In this document: piece after piece, positions 12,690 through 23,716 of the stretch | Layout of the letters: the number at the start of each line of letters is the position of its first letter | Numbering within the stretch: the stretch's first letter is position 1 | Source of the DNA: Scyliorhinus canicula | Taxonomy: Eukaryota | Direction: 5' to 3' | Assembly (NCBI RefSeq): GCF_902713615.1 | Contig: NC_052147.1 | Coordinates: 248,530,886-248,594,885, forward strand | Length of the DNA: 64,000 nucleotides | Made by a program: the position numbers and the translations under genes | Notes under the pieces: model-generated | Seen by the model: the letters and a program-made list of their open reading frames with translations, nothing else | Told to the model about the DNA's origin: nothing | Database searches by the model: none

Positions 12690-14220
12690 TGTTGACAGTG
12701 AATAAAAGTATGGTCACCTCCCAAAGGGCAAGAAAGAGGTAAGGCCAGTGTTAAACTGTATGCATGCACAGAGTATAGTGAACAAAATTGGGGAACTAGA
12801 AACATAAATTGCTTTTGAGGCATATGACATAGTAGCATTGACAGAAACATGGCTCAAGCCAGAACAAGCCTGGATAGGGTTGTGATAGTTAGCGATTTCA
12901 ATTACCCTAAGGCAGTCTGGGAAAAGGAAGGGGAGAAATTCTTGCAGTATGTACAGGAGGATTTTCTGGAACAGTACATTTGCAGAGCCATCAGGGTGCA
13001 AACTGTTCTGGATCTGGTCCGAGGAAATAAGGCAGGGCAAATGGACAGCGTCAGAGTGGGGGAGCAATTGGAACCTAGCGATCATAATATAAGATTCAAA
13101 GTTATGTTGGAAAAGGATAAAAATCAGTCACGGATTAAGATCCCAAACTGGAAAAGGGCAAATTTCAGTGTTCTAAAAGTTGAACTTGGGCAGGTTGATT
13201 GGAAACACATTATGATGGATAAAACAGTGGATGAAAAATGGGAGACTTTCAAAGGAGAGATGAATAGGTTGCAAGCTAGTTACGTACCCATGAGAAATAC
13301 ATATGGAGTATTCAAATCTAGAGTACCCTGGATGACTAAGGATATTGATGATAAAATATGGAAGAAAAAAGAGGCATATGGTACATGCCGGAATAATAAT
13401 AGCAATAGAAAGCAGGAAGAGCATCTCAAATGCAGGAGCGAGGCTAAGGCTGGAATAAGAAAGGCTAAGAGGAAGCATGAGGAAAGGATGGCAGGCTGTA
13501 AAAGATTAGTGAAGGGTAGAGCTGGGCCCATAAGGGACAAAGAGAATAAGCTGCTCATTGAAGTGGAGACTGTGGCACTGGCACAAAGTGAGTATTTTGC
13601 TTCTGTCTTTACCAAATTAGAAGATGGTAACAGTGTCCAGTTGAAAATGTGGGTGTTGAGCAACTGAACAGTATAGTGATAGATAAAGAAAAGGTGCTAA
13701 AAAGGCTGGTAGCACTCTAGATAGAGAAGTCGCCAGGTCCGGATGGAATGCATCCTAGATTGCTGAGAGAGGTAAGAGAGCATATTGCCGAGCCATTAAC
13801 AGAAATTTTCCAGGCCTCTCTGAACATAGGATTAGTCCCAGGGGACTGGAGGATTACAAATGCGACGCCTTTGGTAAAGAAAGAGGCAAAAGATAACCCA
13901 GGAAACAACAGACCTGTCAGCTTGACATCAATTGTGGGAAAACTGATGGAGGCATTAATACAGGATGAGATTAAATAAAAGCTTAGGGAAAATAAGGTAA
14001 TACTAGACAGTCAACATGGCTTTGTCAAAGAAAGGTCATGTCTGACGAATTTGATTGAGTAGCTCAGGATGAGGCATAAGCAGTCAACGAGCTAAGGACC
14101 TGCCTCCAGGCAGAGCACATATGAGTGAATAAAGAGCAGGGAGTAGGACGAATTAGATAGATTTGGCACAGGCAAAGTGGGCCAAATGGCCTGCCTTCAC
14201 TGCTGTATCATTCTTTGGAT
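12690..14220 (+). mobile_element. Degraded CR1 LINE with internal deletions
   Basis: ORF2 pieces DFNYP, LDLVRGN, SDHN, PWMT, EYFASVFT, HPRLLRE, DWRITNATPL, RPVSLTS; CR1-like 3' UTR near 14180-14220. Confidence 0.85.
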
Positions 14221-14772
14221 CTGTAATAAGTCTTCCTCATTGTTCATGAAATTCCCTTACAGAACTTACCCATAACTTCCGACTGAACTTTGACCCCTGA
14301 TTGCTTACCCTCCTGAACCTCAAGTTCTTTCCAATCATCAAATGTCTTCTATGAGTAAAATTCTGATAAAGCATCTGTGTTAATTATTCACATCAAGTCT
14401 CATTCTACTTCCCTAAGGTTACCACACTAGCATTTTAAAAGTGGTGTGAGTCTCTTTCTTATTGCTCAAAGTATCTTGGAGAAAATTAAAAGAAATATAT
14501 TTTCATTGGTATCTTCATATAGCAGTTCATATTGGGCTTTGGCATCATGCCTAAATCTTTATCAATAGATTTTTCTTTTCAGAAAAGATGTGAAACCATT
14601 ACAAAATAGATTTTTGTATCTCAAGGCAAAATACTTTAGGCAAAAGATAAAAGGAAGGTGGGGGCATGCAGAAAAATGACAGCACAAAAATGTAATGGTT
14701 TTGGTAAACATAGAGACAGGAAATGAATCCTGGAGCTATGCAACAGCCAGAAATATCAGATATCCACAAAAT

Positions 14773-15085
14773 TTATAGAATCCCTGCAGTACAGAGGGAG
14801 ACTATTCAGCCCACTGAGTCTGCACTGACCCTTTGAAAGTGCACCCTACCTAGGCCCTATCCCTGTAACCCCACCTAACCCACACATCCTCGGACACCAA
14901 GGGGCAATTTAGCATGGCTAATCCTGTACATCTTTAAAGTGTGGGAGGAAACCGGAGCGCCCGGAGGAACCCCACGTGGACATGGGGAGAACGTGCAAAC
15001 TCCACACAGTCACCCCAAGACTGGAATTGAACCTGGGTCCCTGGTGCTGTGAGGCAGCAGCACTAACTACTGTGCCACTGTGTTG
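14773..15085 (-). mobile_element. HE1-like SINE with CR1-type tail
   Basis: Full head, core and tail homologous to 62580-62856. Confidence 0.8.
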
Positions 15086-15859
15086 CTCATATATGCACAA
15101 GTACCAGAATTTATAACAATAAATTATTGGCTTCCTAACCATCTTAGGCACTGCCCTGAACTAAGACACAAAAACAAAAAATGCTGGAAAAAGAAGCAGG
15201 TCAAACAGGATCTGTGGTGAGAGGAACAAAGTTAACATTTCAGGTCAATGACAGTTCCAGTCAGAACTGGAAAATGTTATCAATGTGCCATATTTTAAGT
15301 AATATAGAAACGGGAAACGGTGGGACTGCCTGAGAGCAGAATAAAAGGAAAGGTCTGTTATGGGGTGGAATGTAGGAGAGAAGAAATGACTGCGCAGTGC
15401 AGGGTGAAAGGCGATGGCAATAGAACAAGTAAACGAAGCAAGTAAATAAACCCTGAAATGAAACTGAAAAGAAAACCAGGCTATCAATAAAGCTGGGTAA
15501 ATAACATCTGCTGTGCTACTTCCTCTGCTTGGTTTCCATATTTAATGAGCTGTTAATGGAAAGGGTAGGAATGTGGAAACAGTTCATTTCTCATTTAATT
15601 GCTGTCTGATTTTCACTCTGATGTGCTATTCTGTATCACGAGCAAAGGATCGCATGAGCTGTGTGAACAGGTGTTATCGCTCAATCAATTCATCCATTTT
15701 TAACAAAACACACAGCGAAGAGTAGTTCATGTAAATTAATGAAGTGATACTCGAATTATACCATGAGTATTGCACACAAGATGAACATTTACTTTTTTCC
15801 TTCGAGCTTAAAATTTACAATTGAGAATCAGGCACAGAGAGGGAGGCTATTTGGGGAAT

Positions 15860-16584
15860 ATAATGTATTCCCCCGTGGGGAGTTTGTTGGCATGTGGCCT
15901 TTAACCAGTTGGAGGGTGGCAGGTGGTGACCCTGCTGACTTTCTACTACACCACCATTCCTTGGTGGGAAGGCTGATGGATGTCCTTTCCGCCCTGCAGT
16001 CAGGTGATACCCGGAAGTGGCCAATTACTGCCCATTTAGGCCTCATCCTGCTGCCGCTAATATTTATCCAGCAATAGGGGGAAGCTTGCCATGCGGGAAG
16101 TCCAGAAAGCAAACACTGTTGGAGTTGCTTGCAAGCTCTCAGGGTGGTCTCTCAGTCAAAGGCCCGATCAAGGGACCCAGGATCGCTAACGGGGATGTGG
16201 CCTATCTTCCTGACCTTGCTACTGAAACCCTCCTTCAGCCAGAGGCTCCAACCTCACCATCGCTCAACTGTGCCTGGTGCCATTGTGATCTCAGTCTGTA
16301 GTGGGGGCGGGGGGGGGGGGAGGAGGTGGCCTTGGTGTGGGGGAACTGTGGGTTGTACATTAGCAACAGCAGCCTCTGCCACCTCAGTGGCATTGTTGAT
16401 TGGTGAGGAGATGAGTGCTTCTGAGTGGCTGGCAGTTGTTGGTGGGCAGGACCTGTGCCCCCAGGGGTATTTGATCCTGGGAAGGCCCACCACTGCCCAA
16501 TTTACTGCCTTCTCAGCATTTATTGCAGCAGACCATTGCAAAAGAAGGTGAGGCGGGGTGCCCCCACTGGCTCTCCAGCCAGGG

Positions 16585-16620
<36 letters not shown>

Positions 16621-17930
16621 GAAACCTTCATTGCTTCCATTTAAAATTGCCCAAAAAGGCTCATTGAAAAATCATCATCCAATTAATCCCACTAACTTGT
16701 TATTTTCACAAAGCCTTGCAATTATTTTCATGTACACATCCAATTTCCTTTTAAAAGTTGCTGGACATGGGGGCGATTTTGAACCCGCGTTTAATGGTGT
16801 GGAGGATCGCTGACAGAAGATCTGGAGAGAATTGGGAAACGCGATCTCCACTGGTTGAATCTCATTTTTACTGTTTTGCATGTATTTTCATCTAATTAGC
16901 CAGGCCCTCCAGCCCCCACCATTTGACCCCCCCTCAGTAAATATTCAAACTTCACCGAAATGATAAGACAAGGTTTACAGCAGGTTTTAAAGAACCAGAT
17001 TCCGCTGAGAGGATGCCCCCGAGGAGTGCTAAGATAAGTATAACCTCCGACGGAGTGACACGTGCCTGTGCAGTTACTTGGCACTGCATCCTGGCACAGA
17101 GTGGCACTGCCAGATTGATGCTGCCAGGTTAACACTGTGCTAACATGGCAATGCTGACCTGTGCCAGGTTGGACCCTCTGGGAATCCTCATGAGAGGGAT
17201 TCCCTTTATGGATGTTGGAAGGACTGATGCCTGTGAGGGGGGGGGGGGAGTGCTCCAAAGATTGCGGTGTTGGGAGGGGGCGTGTAACCCCCGTGGCTCA
17301 AGGAGGGTGGGGGTGGAGGGTGTCACCAAATGCCTGCAAAGGGAAGGGGGGGGGGGGATGGGATGATCCAATGTTGGCATTGAGGGGGGAGTGCCCTGTT
17401 GATTCTGATTTATTGGGGGTTGCGGCAACACAGGCGAAATGTCAATTCCTTTTAAAAAATAGATTTAGAGTACCCAGTTCATTTCTTTCAAATTCAGGGG
17501 CAACTTAGCGTGGCCAATCCACCTATCCTGCACATCTTTGGGTTGTGGAGGTGAGACACACGCAGACACAGGAGAATGTGATGTGCAAACTCCACACAGG
17601 CAGTGACCCAGGGCCGGGATTAAACCTGGGTCGTCAGCACTGTGAGGCAGCAGTGCTAACCACTGCGCACTGGGGAGCAACTAATTCCTTTGGGAGGGTC
17701 CAAATGCTTATGTGGGGCAGGACTAGGGCCTGTTCAATTTCTGCACTGAACAGGGCGTCCTTTTCAGGTGTCGTCCCGACCTTGTGGAGCCGGCCCTGTC
17801 ATGCCGCACCCCCCCCCCCCCCCCCCCAGCCAGAGTGAGGCGCAAACCACCCAATCCTTTCTCTGGAGTTAAAATTCATCTGTGCAGCTTTGAAAAAAAT
17901 GCTCAGTTTTCGCCCCATATCTGCTTCCAC
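15860..17930. mobile_element. Cluster of GC-rich Harbinger-like non-autonomous elements with a nested HE1-like SINE (17453-17670, minus)
   Basis: GGGCGATTTT...AAAATTGCCC / TTTTCGCCCC type termini and long G/C runs; SINE homologous to 22141-22348. Confidence 0.5.
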
Positions 17931-18029
17931 TCTTACAGGCATTTTACTGATTTACCTGTTCACTGAGATATCCATTGGATTGAAAATTTAATTCAGTTTT
18001 GCCAGGTGTTGTTAGACAACCCTCAAATA

Positions 18030-20130
18030 TCAAAAGACTGAGAAGCAAAAGTCGGCCATTTGCCCATTGTATCTGCTCTGCCATTCAATGAGATCATGAC
18101 TGATCTGATGTGATAATCCTCAACTCCACTTTTCTGTCTTACCTTCTTAATCCTCGATTACTTTACTGATAGGAACGCTGTTAAGATCAGTCTTGAACGT
18201 CTTTAATGATCTAGTCTCAGCTCTCTGTGGTAAAGAATCCCACATATTCACTGTACTCAGAGAGAAGAAATTCCTCTTCATTGCTATCTTAAATGAATGA
18301 CTCCTTACTCTGAGGCTATTGTAAACTAAAAAGGGATTTCTTATAAAAGATAAAAGGCAAGTATGATACAGGATGAGAAGAACTATATGCAGGTTTTAAC
18401 TCCCCAACTCTGGGATTCACTCTGCCCGGACTGCTAGCTCCCCACGCTGCTGGGCTATTGGCCGGGGTTAGCGCGCTTCTCCACGATTGGCCCCAGGCCA
18501 GTCACAAGAGTGGTCAAGCCATCTCCTTAAAGGGGCTACCCCACCACAGAGATTATACCCTCTGGTCCTCGGTTCTCCCTTCAAGGGGAAACAATGTCTC
18601 AGATTGTACCATATCAAGCCCCCTGGGAATATGATATTTCTCAATAACGTCATTTCTCATTTTTCCAAACTACAATGAATACAGAGACAACCTACTCAAA
18701 CATCCCTCATAAGAAAATCCCTCCATACTCGGGATTGACCCAGTGAGCCTTCTCTGGACTGCCTCCAGTGCCAGTATGATTTCCTTCGATAACAAGACCA
18801 AATCTGTTCACAGTATTCCAGGTGTGGCCTAACTAGTGCCTTGTACAGTTTTAGCAACACTTTCCTATTTTTATGCTCAATGCCCTTTGAAATAAAGGCC
18901 AACATTCCATTTGCCTTCCCTATTATCTGCTTAACTTGCATGAGGACACCTACATCCTTTTTTGCTGCAGTTTCCTGTAGTCTTTCTCCATTTAAATAAT
19001 ATTCAGCTCATTTATTCTTCCTACCAAAGTGCAGAGCATCATAGAAAATAGAAGCAAGAGCAAGATTCAGCGCTTCAAGCCTTCTCCGCCATTCCTTATG
19101 ATCAAAGTTGATCACTTGGCTCAGTAACCTGTTCTCGCTCTTTCCCATGTTCTTTGATCCCTTTAACCCCAAGAGCTATATCTAACTCCTTCTTAGCATG
19201 ATACATTGTTTTGGTCTCAGCTGCTTTATGTGGTAGAGGACTCCACAGGATCATCCTTCTTTTGGTGAAGAAGCTTCTCCTTCTCTCAGTCCTAAATTGT
19301 TTCCACTGTAGCCTTAGACTGTGGCCCCTGGGTCTGGGCTCCCCTGCCATCGGGAACATCCTTCCTCCAACTATCCTGCCTAGTCCGGTTAGAATTTTAT
19401 AGTTTTCTATGATAACCCCTCTCATCTTTCTAAACTCCAGTAAGAAGTCTTACAACACCAGATTAAAGGCCAACAGGTTTGTTTCGAATCAGTAGCTTTC
19501 GGAGCACTGCTCATACCTCAGGTGAATGAGGAGCAGTGCTCCAAAAGGTAGTGATTCAAAACAAAACCTGTTGGACTTTAACCTGGTGCTGTAAGACTTC
19601 TTACTGTGCTCATCCAGTCCAACGCCAGCATCTCCATATCATGGCTACCTTCTAACCTCCAACGAATACAATTATAAGAGACTCAATCTCTCATCATACG
19701 TCAGTCACGTCATCCCAGGAATTCGTGTGGTAAACGTTCGGTTCACTCCCTCCATAGTAAGAACATCCTCCCTCAGATAAGGACACCAAAGTGCGTGCAA
19801 TATTGCAGGTGCAATCTCACCAAGGCCCAGTATAATTGCAGGGAGACATGCCTGTTCCTGTACTCAAATCCTCTCGCTATGAAGGCTAACATACCATTGG
19901 CCTTCTTCACCACCAGCTGCACGTGCACGCTTACTTTCAGCTACTGATGTACAGGAGCACCCACCTCACATTGCACATTCCCCTCTCACAATCTATAGCT
20001 CTATAGCTATTCGGATAATAATCTGCCTTCCTGTCTTTGCTACCAATATCCACATTATACTGTTTCTGCCACGCATATGCCCACTCATTCAACTTTGTTT
20101 GTCCAAATCACACTGAAACAACTCTGAATC
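18030..20130 (-). mobile_element. Two tandem old CR1 3' fragments with nested insertions
   Basis: Peptides KANGMLAFISKGIE...LYKALVRPHLEYC and RGHSLRL...FFTKR; two CR1 3' UTRs (~18040, ~19050). Confidence 0.8.
19438..19649. mobile_element. Penelope-like inverted-repeat insertion
   Basis: ~75-bp inverted arms (19438-19606); TSD-like ttctaaactcca (19428-19439) / ttctaacctcca (19650-19661). Confidence 0.72.
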
Positions 20131-20140
20131 CTTTTCACAG

Positions 20141-20143
<3 letters not shown>

Positions 20144-20184
<41 letters not shown>

Positions 20185-20256
20185 CCCCCCCCCCCCCCCC
20201 CCCACCACCCCTCTATCATTCCCCCCCCCCCCCCCCCCCATCCCTCTCTCTCCCCC
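20144..20256. repeat. (CT)n microsatellite and poly-C tracts
   Basis: Directly visible. Confidence 0.95.
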
Positions 20257-21070
20257 CGGGCAACTGTATAATATTGGCAAATTTGCAATTCATTACATTT
20301 CATCTCAGTTTTCAGCCACTTGTTAATTTTTAATTAAGATATAATGTTTAATTTTACGGCAGACTAGGATTCTAAAAAGAATCCTGTGGACTGAAAGAAT
20401 GTATATTGGTTTTTGTGCGCAATCATTAAGGTAGGAATATATTGTCAGGTCCATTATTTATAATTGGTGTCACAGCAAACAAAAGTTGAATTATGATGGG
20501 ATGTGACATGTGTGAGTTAAATGTATTAGTTACAGACATTTGTTGCTGGTGTCATTTGTGCTGTCAACCATCTGAGAGCCTCTCGGAATTGAAGATTAGT
20601 CTCCTGGACACTGTTGAAGCAACCCAGGGGAAAACAAAATCTGAGGAAAATGTTTTTGCACACTTTCACTGCTTAGTTATAAAACACCTTGGGGAGATGG
20701 GGGAGGGGGGGGGGGGGGTGGGGGGGGACGCTGTTTCACTAACGGTGTAGATTAATCTGACTGAATACGAAAAAATTCTTGACTGGCAGGAGGTGACCCA
20801 AACTGCGTTGGAAACCTGAAGTATCATGTGGTATAAGGTGAGAATAAAACAGACTGACTGCAGTGAAGTTTTAGTATGCGAGGAGACTCAGGCAGAATCA
20901 ATGAAAATTAGTTGGAAACCCACGCCTGGCCACAATTCCTCATTTCCACGCTGTCACTTGACAACTATCATTAGTAAACGTAAGAATCAGGAGAAGTAGG
21001 TAAATTTAGACCCTCGAGTCTTCCCCATCAATCAATAACATTGATCTGACTGTGGCATCAACTTCTCACT

Positions 21071-21292
21071 TACACGGATGTCAGGTTGCACATGTACACT
21101 GACATTAGGTCACACATGCACACGGAGGTCAGCTTATACATGTACACTAATGTCAGGTTACACATGCACATTGATGTCCGGTTACACCGGTACCCTGATA
21201 TCAGGTTGCTCGTGTGTACTGATGTAAGGTTACGCGTGTACACTGTTGTCAGGGTGCCCGTGAACACGGATGTCAGGTTACAAGTGTACACT
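21071..21292. repeat. 24-bp minisatellite, ~9.3 copies (consensus TACACTGATGTCAGGTTACACATG)
   Basis: Units can be read in 24-nt register without indels. Confidence 0.92.
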
Positions 21293-22140
21293 TATGACAC
21301 CCAACTACCTCTCCACCATTTCTCTTGATCCATCCACTTGCCTAAATACTGTCAGCCTGCTGGTTCAGCACCCTTTTCTGAATGAGTCATTGAGTCCTTC
21401 AAATAAATATAGTGAAGACTGAAGTCATTTTTCTCTTGCCCTCATCACGTATTTGCTATCAATTTCATCCACCTATCTAGCTACTTTCTCAGTTTGCAGC
21501 CTGCATTCACATCTTTGGTGTCCTATTTCAGCGTTCCTCAACCGGGATGTTTAGTCAAATAAAGGTCCAGAAGAAGTTTTTAAGGAGAATGTTGTGACCA
21601 CTTTGCAGTTTCTCCAAATCTAGCCCTTGGACTGACTCAACTCTTACCGAATGATGACTGACACAGTCAGAACTATACCAGTGATATGATCCACCTGAGC
21701 CTGGCAATGGGCTCTGCACCCTTTCTCAGGTTGGTCAGTTTAACATCAGTATTCGACAAGGTTTTAGAAACTGAAGAAAAAGATGAATAGTCACTTGGTG
21801 AAGTTTGAGTTGATTAAGGGGAGCCAGCAAGAATTTATAAAAAGCAGATTCATCCAAATAATCTTTTTGATGATATAGCAAAGAACGTTGAAGAAGAGAA
21901 TAAAATGAATATTGTATATGTCATTGTTTAAAAAAATTGATAAATACATAAACAAGGTTGGTTAAGGAAATTGTGGCTCAGGGAATAGGTAGTCAGTGTC
22001 AGGTTGGATAAAAAAATTGGCTTGTGGACATCGCACCAGGACACCCAGTGAAACTGAATTCACCAAATCTGGTCATTTGTAAAAAGGCGCCTGATAAAAT
22101 GACCACGAAAGCTGATAGACTGTTATAAAAATCCAACTAG

Positions 22141-22348
22141 GGCAGCACGGTGGCGCAGTGGTTAGCATTTCTGCCTCACGGCGCTGAGGTCCCAGGTTCG
22201 ATCCTGGCTCTGGGTCATTATCCGTGTGGAGTTTGAACATTCTTTCCGTGTTTGCGTGGGTTTCGCCCCCACAACACAAAAGATGTGCAGGTTAGATGGA
22301 TTGGCCACGCTAAATTGCCCCTTAACTGGAAAAATTTAATTGGGTATA
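22141..22348 (+). mobile_element. HE1-like SINE (short-tail variant)
   Basis: A box TGGCGCAGTGG, B box GGTTCGATCC, conserved core. Confidence 0.85.
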
Positions 22349-22353
22349 CTAAA

Positions 22354-22549
22354 TGATGCACTATCAATTACGAGAAGACGAGAGTAGAATGTAATCGAGG
22401 CTTTATTACACTGAGATGTGTGGCCTCCTACAGCAGCTGACAAAATGGCTGCTGTACGGGGAGCACACATATTTATACTCTGCCCACTGGGCGGAGCCAG
22501 CAGGCAGGGATCTACCCCCGTACCTGTAGTACAGGGGCCTTACCGTAAA

Positions 22550-22584
<35 letters not shown>

Positions 22585-22615
22585 CACAGTATATACATCA
22601 GTGGTGACTACCACA
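22354..22615 (-). mobile_element. Solo LTR (Gypsy-like), 262 bp, inserted in a SINE tail
   Basis: TG...CA ends; perfect 5-bp TSD CTAAA (22349-22353 / 22616-22620); TATAAAT and AATAAA on the minus strand; internal (CA)n(TA)n. Confidence 0.85.
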
Positions 22616-23227
22616 CTAAATTGATAAGGAAAAAAAAGAAGATAAAAATCAAACTGGTTATTTGATGCACTTCAAAGAATAGACCTGCCTGCAGCCCTAT
22701 CCAATCTGGTATCGATTTGGTCTTACGCTCTTCATGTCCTCATGTCAACTTGCAATGGTTATGATTATCATTGGGTCAGTATCTCCCACATCCCAAGAGC
22801 AAAAAGAAAACTTCAGAATATACATTTATTGTGTATTAATTTATAAAATTCAAACTTGCAGAACACCAATTACATGGTTCAAAACCTACCATAAGAAAAA
22901 GTAGTGAAGTAGGCCCTTTGGCCACGTTGACCTGCTCCACCATTCAAAAACATGCCTGCTGATCTGACTGTGGCCTTAACTTAACCTTCCTGCCTATCTT
23001 CAATAACCCACCACTCCCTTGAAAATCAAAAATCTCTGACATAAAGCATGCAAATGTTCATTAAACGTAATGTTTCAATGCATTATGAATGATTATACAA
23101 CCTCACAATAATGCATACATAATTGTCCAGTCAATAATAAAACAGTCAACATGAGATTCACATTTAAAACAAAAACAATGACTATCTGTAAGTTTTAATT
23201 TAGCGTGCAATCTTTGTGCATCATTAC

Positions 23228-23350
23228 CTTCTGTTTTACAGCTGTGGTTATAAGTCTTTTTATAGTTTTTTCCACATGCACACATGTACGAACCCTTCGT
23301 GTTATTGCAGTAATGTGAACAAGTTCCAAATTGAAGGCACTCATTAATAT
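23228..23350 (-). CDS. LRP1B: LRP1/1B-family exon, calcium-binding EGF repeat ([41 protein letters not shown])
   Basis: 123 nt, phase 1-1; acceptor ttcacag|ATATT, donor GAAG|gtaatg; DINEC and CxNTxGSY motifs. Confidence 0.95.
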
Positions 23351-23716
23351 CTGTGAAGAATCGAAGCAGATGCTGGTAAATGTGAAAAATCATTTTGTAT
23401 TAAAGAATGCACAAAAAATACATCAATAGCTTTGGAATTATGTCTTCGGTCATTTTTATTTTATTCATTTTTGGTATGTGGACATCGCTGTCTATGCAAG
23501 CATTTATTGCCCATCCCTAATTTCTTTTCAGGAGGTGGTGGTGAGCTGCCTTCTTATACTTGCATACATGCAGACCATGTGGTGGAGGTATGTTCACTGT
23601 GCTCTGAGGGAGGGGTTCCAGGACTCCGACCCAACGACAGTGAAGGAATTTCAATATATTGCCAAATCAGGAAGGTGGGTGGCTTGGAGTGTAATTTCCA
23701 GGTGGAGTTGTCCCAC

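Noticed and set aside
18320-18548. Solo LTR inside the CR1 fragment (and an LTR-like tract at 46557-47300)
   Set aside because: These look like insertions with a TG start and/or CA end, but I could not identify a TSD or both termini, so they are not called.
21070-21328. Repetitive ORFs or CRISPR-like array
   Set aside because: This is a contiguous 24-bp tandem repeat without spacers or cas genes. The frames stay open because the unit length is a multiple of 3.
22141-22215. tRNA gene (also 60613-60690)
   Set aside because: A/B boxes are present, but they run into SINE bodies repeated many times in the window, and I could not build a full cloverleaf.
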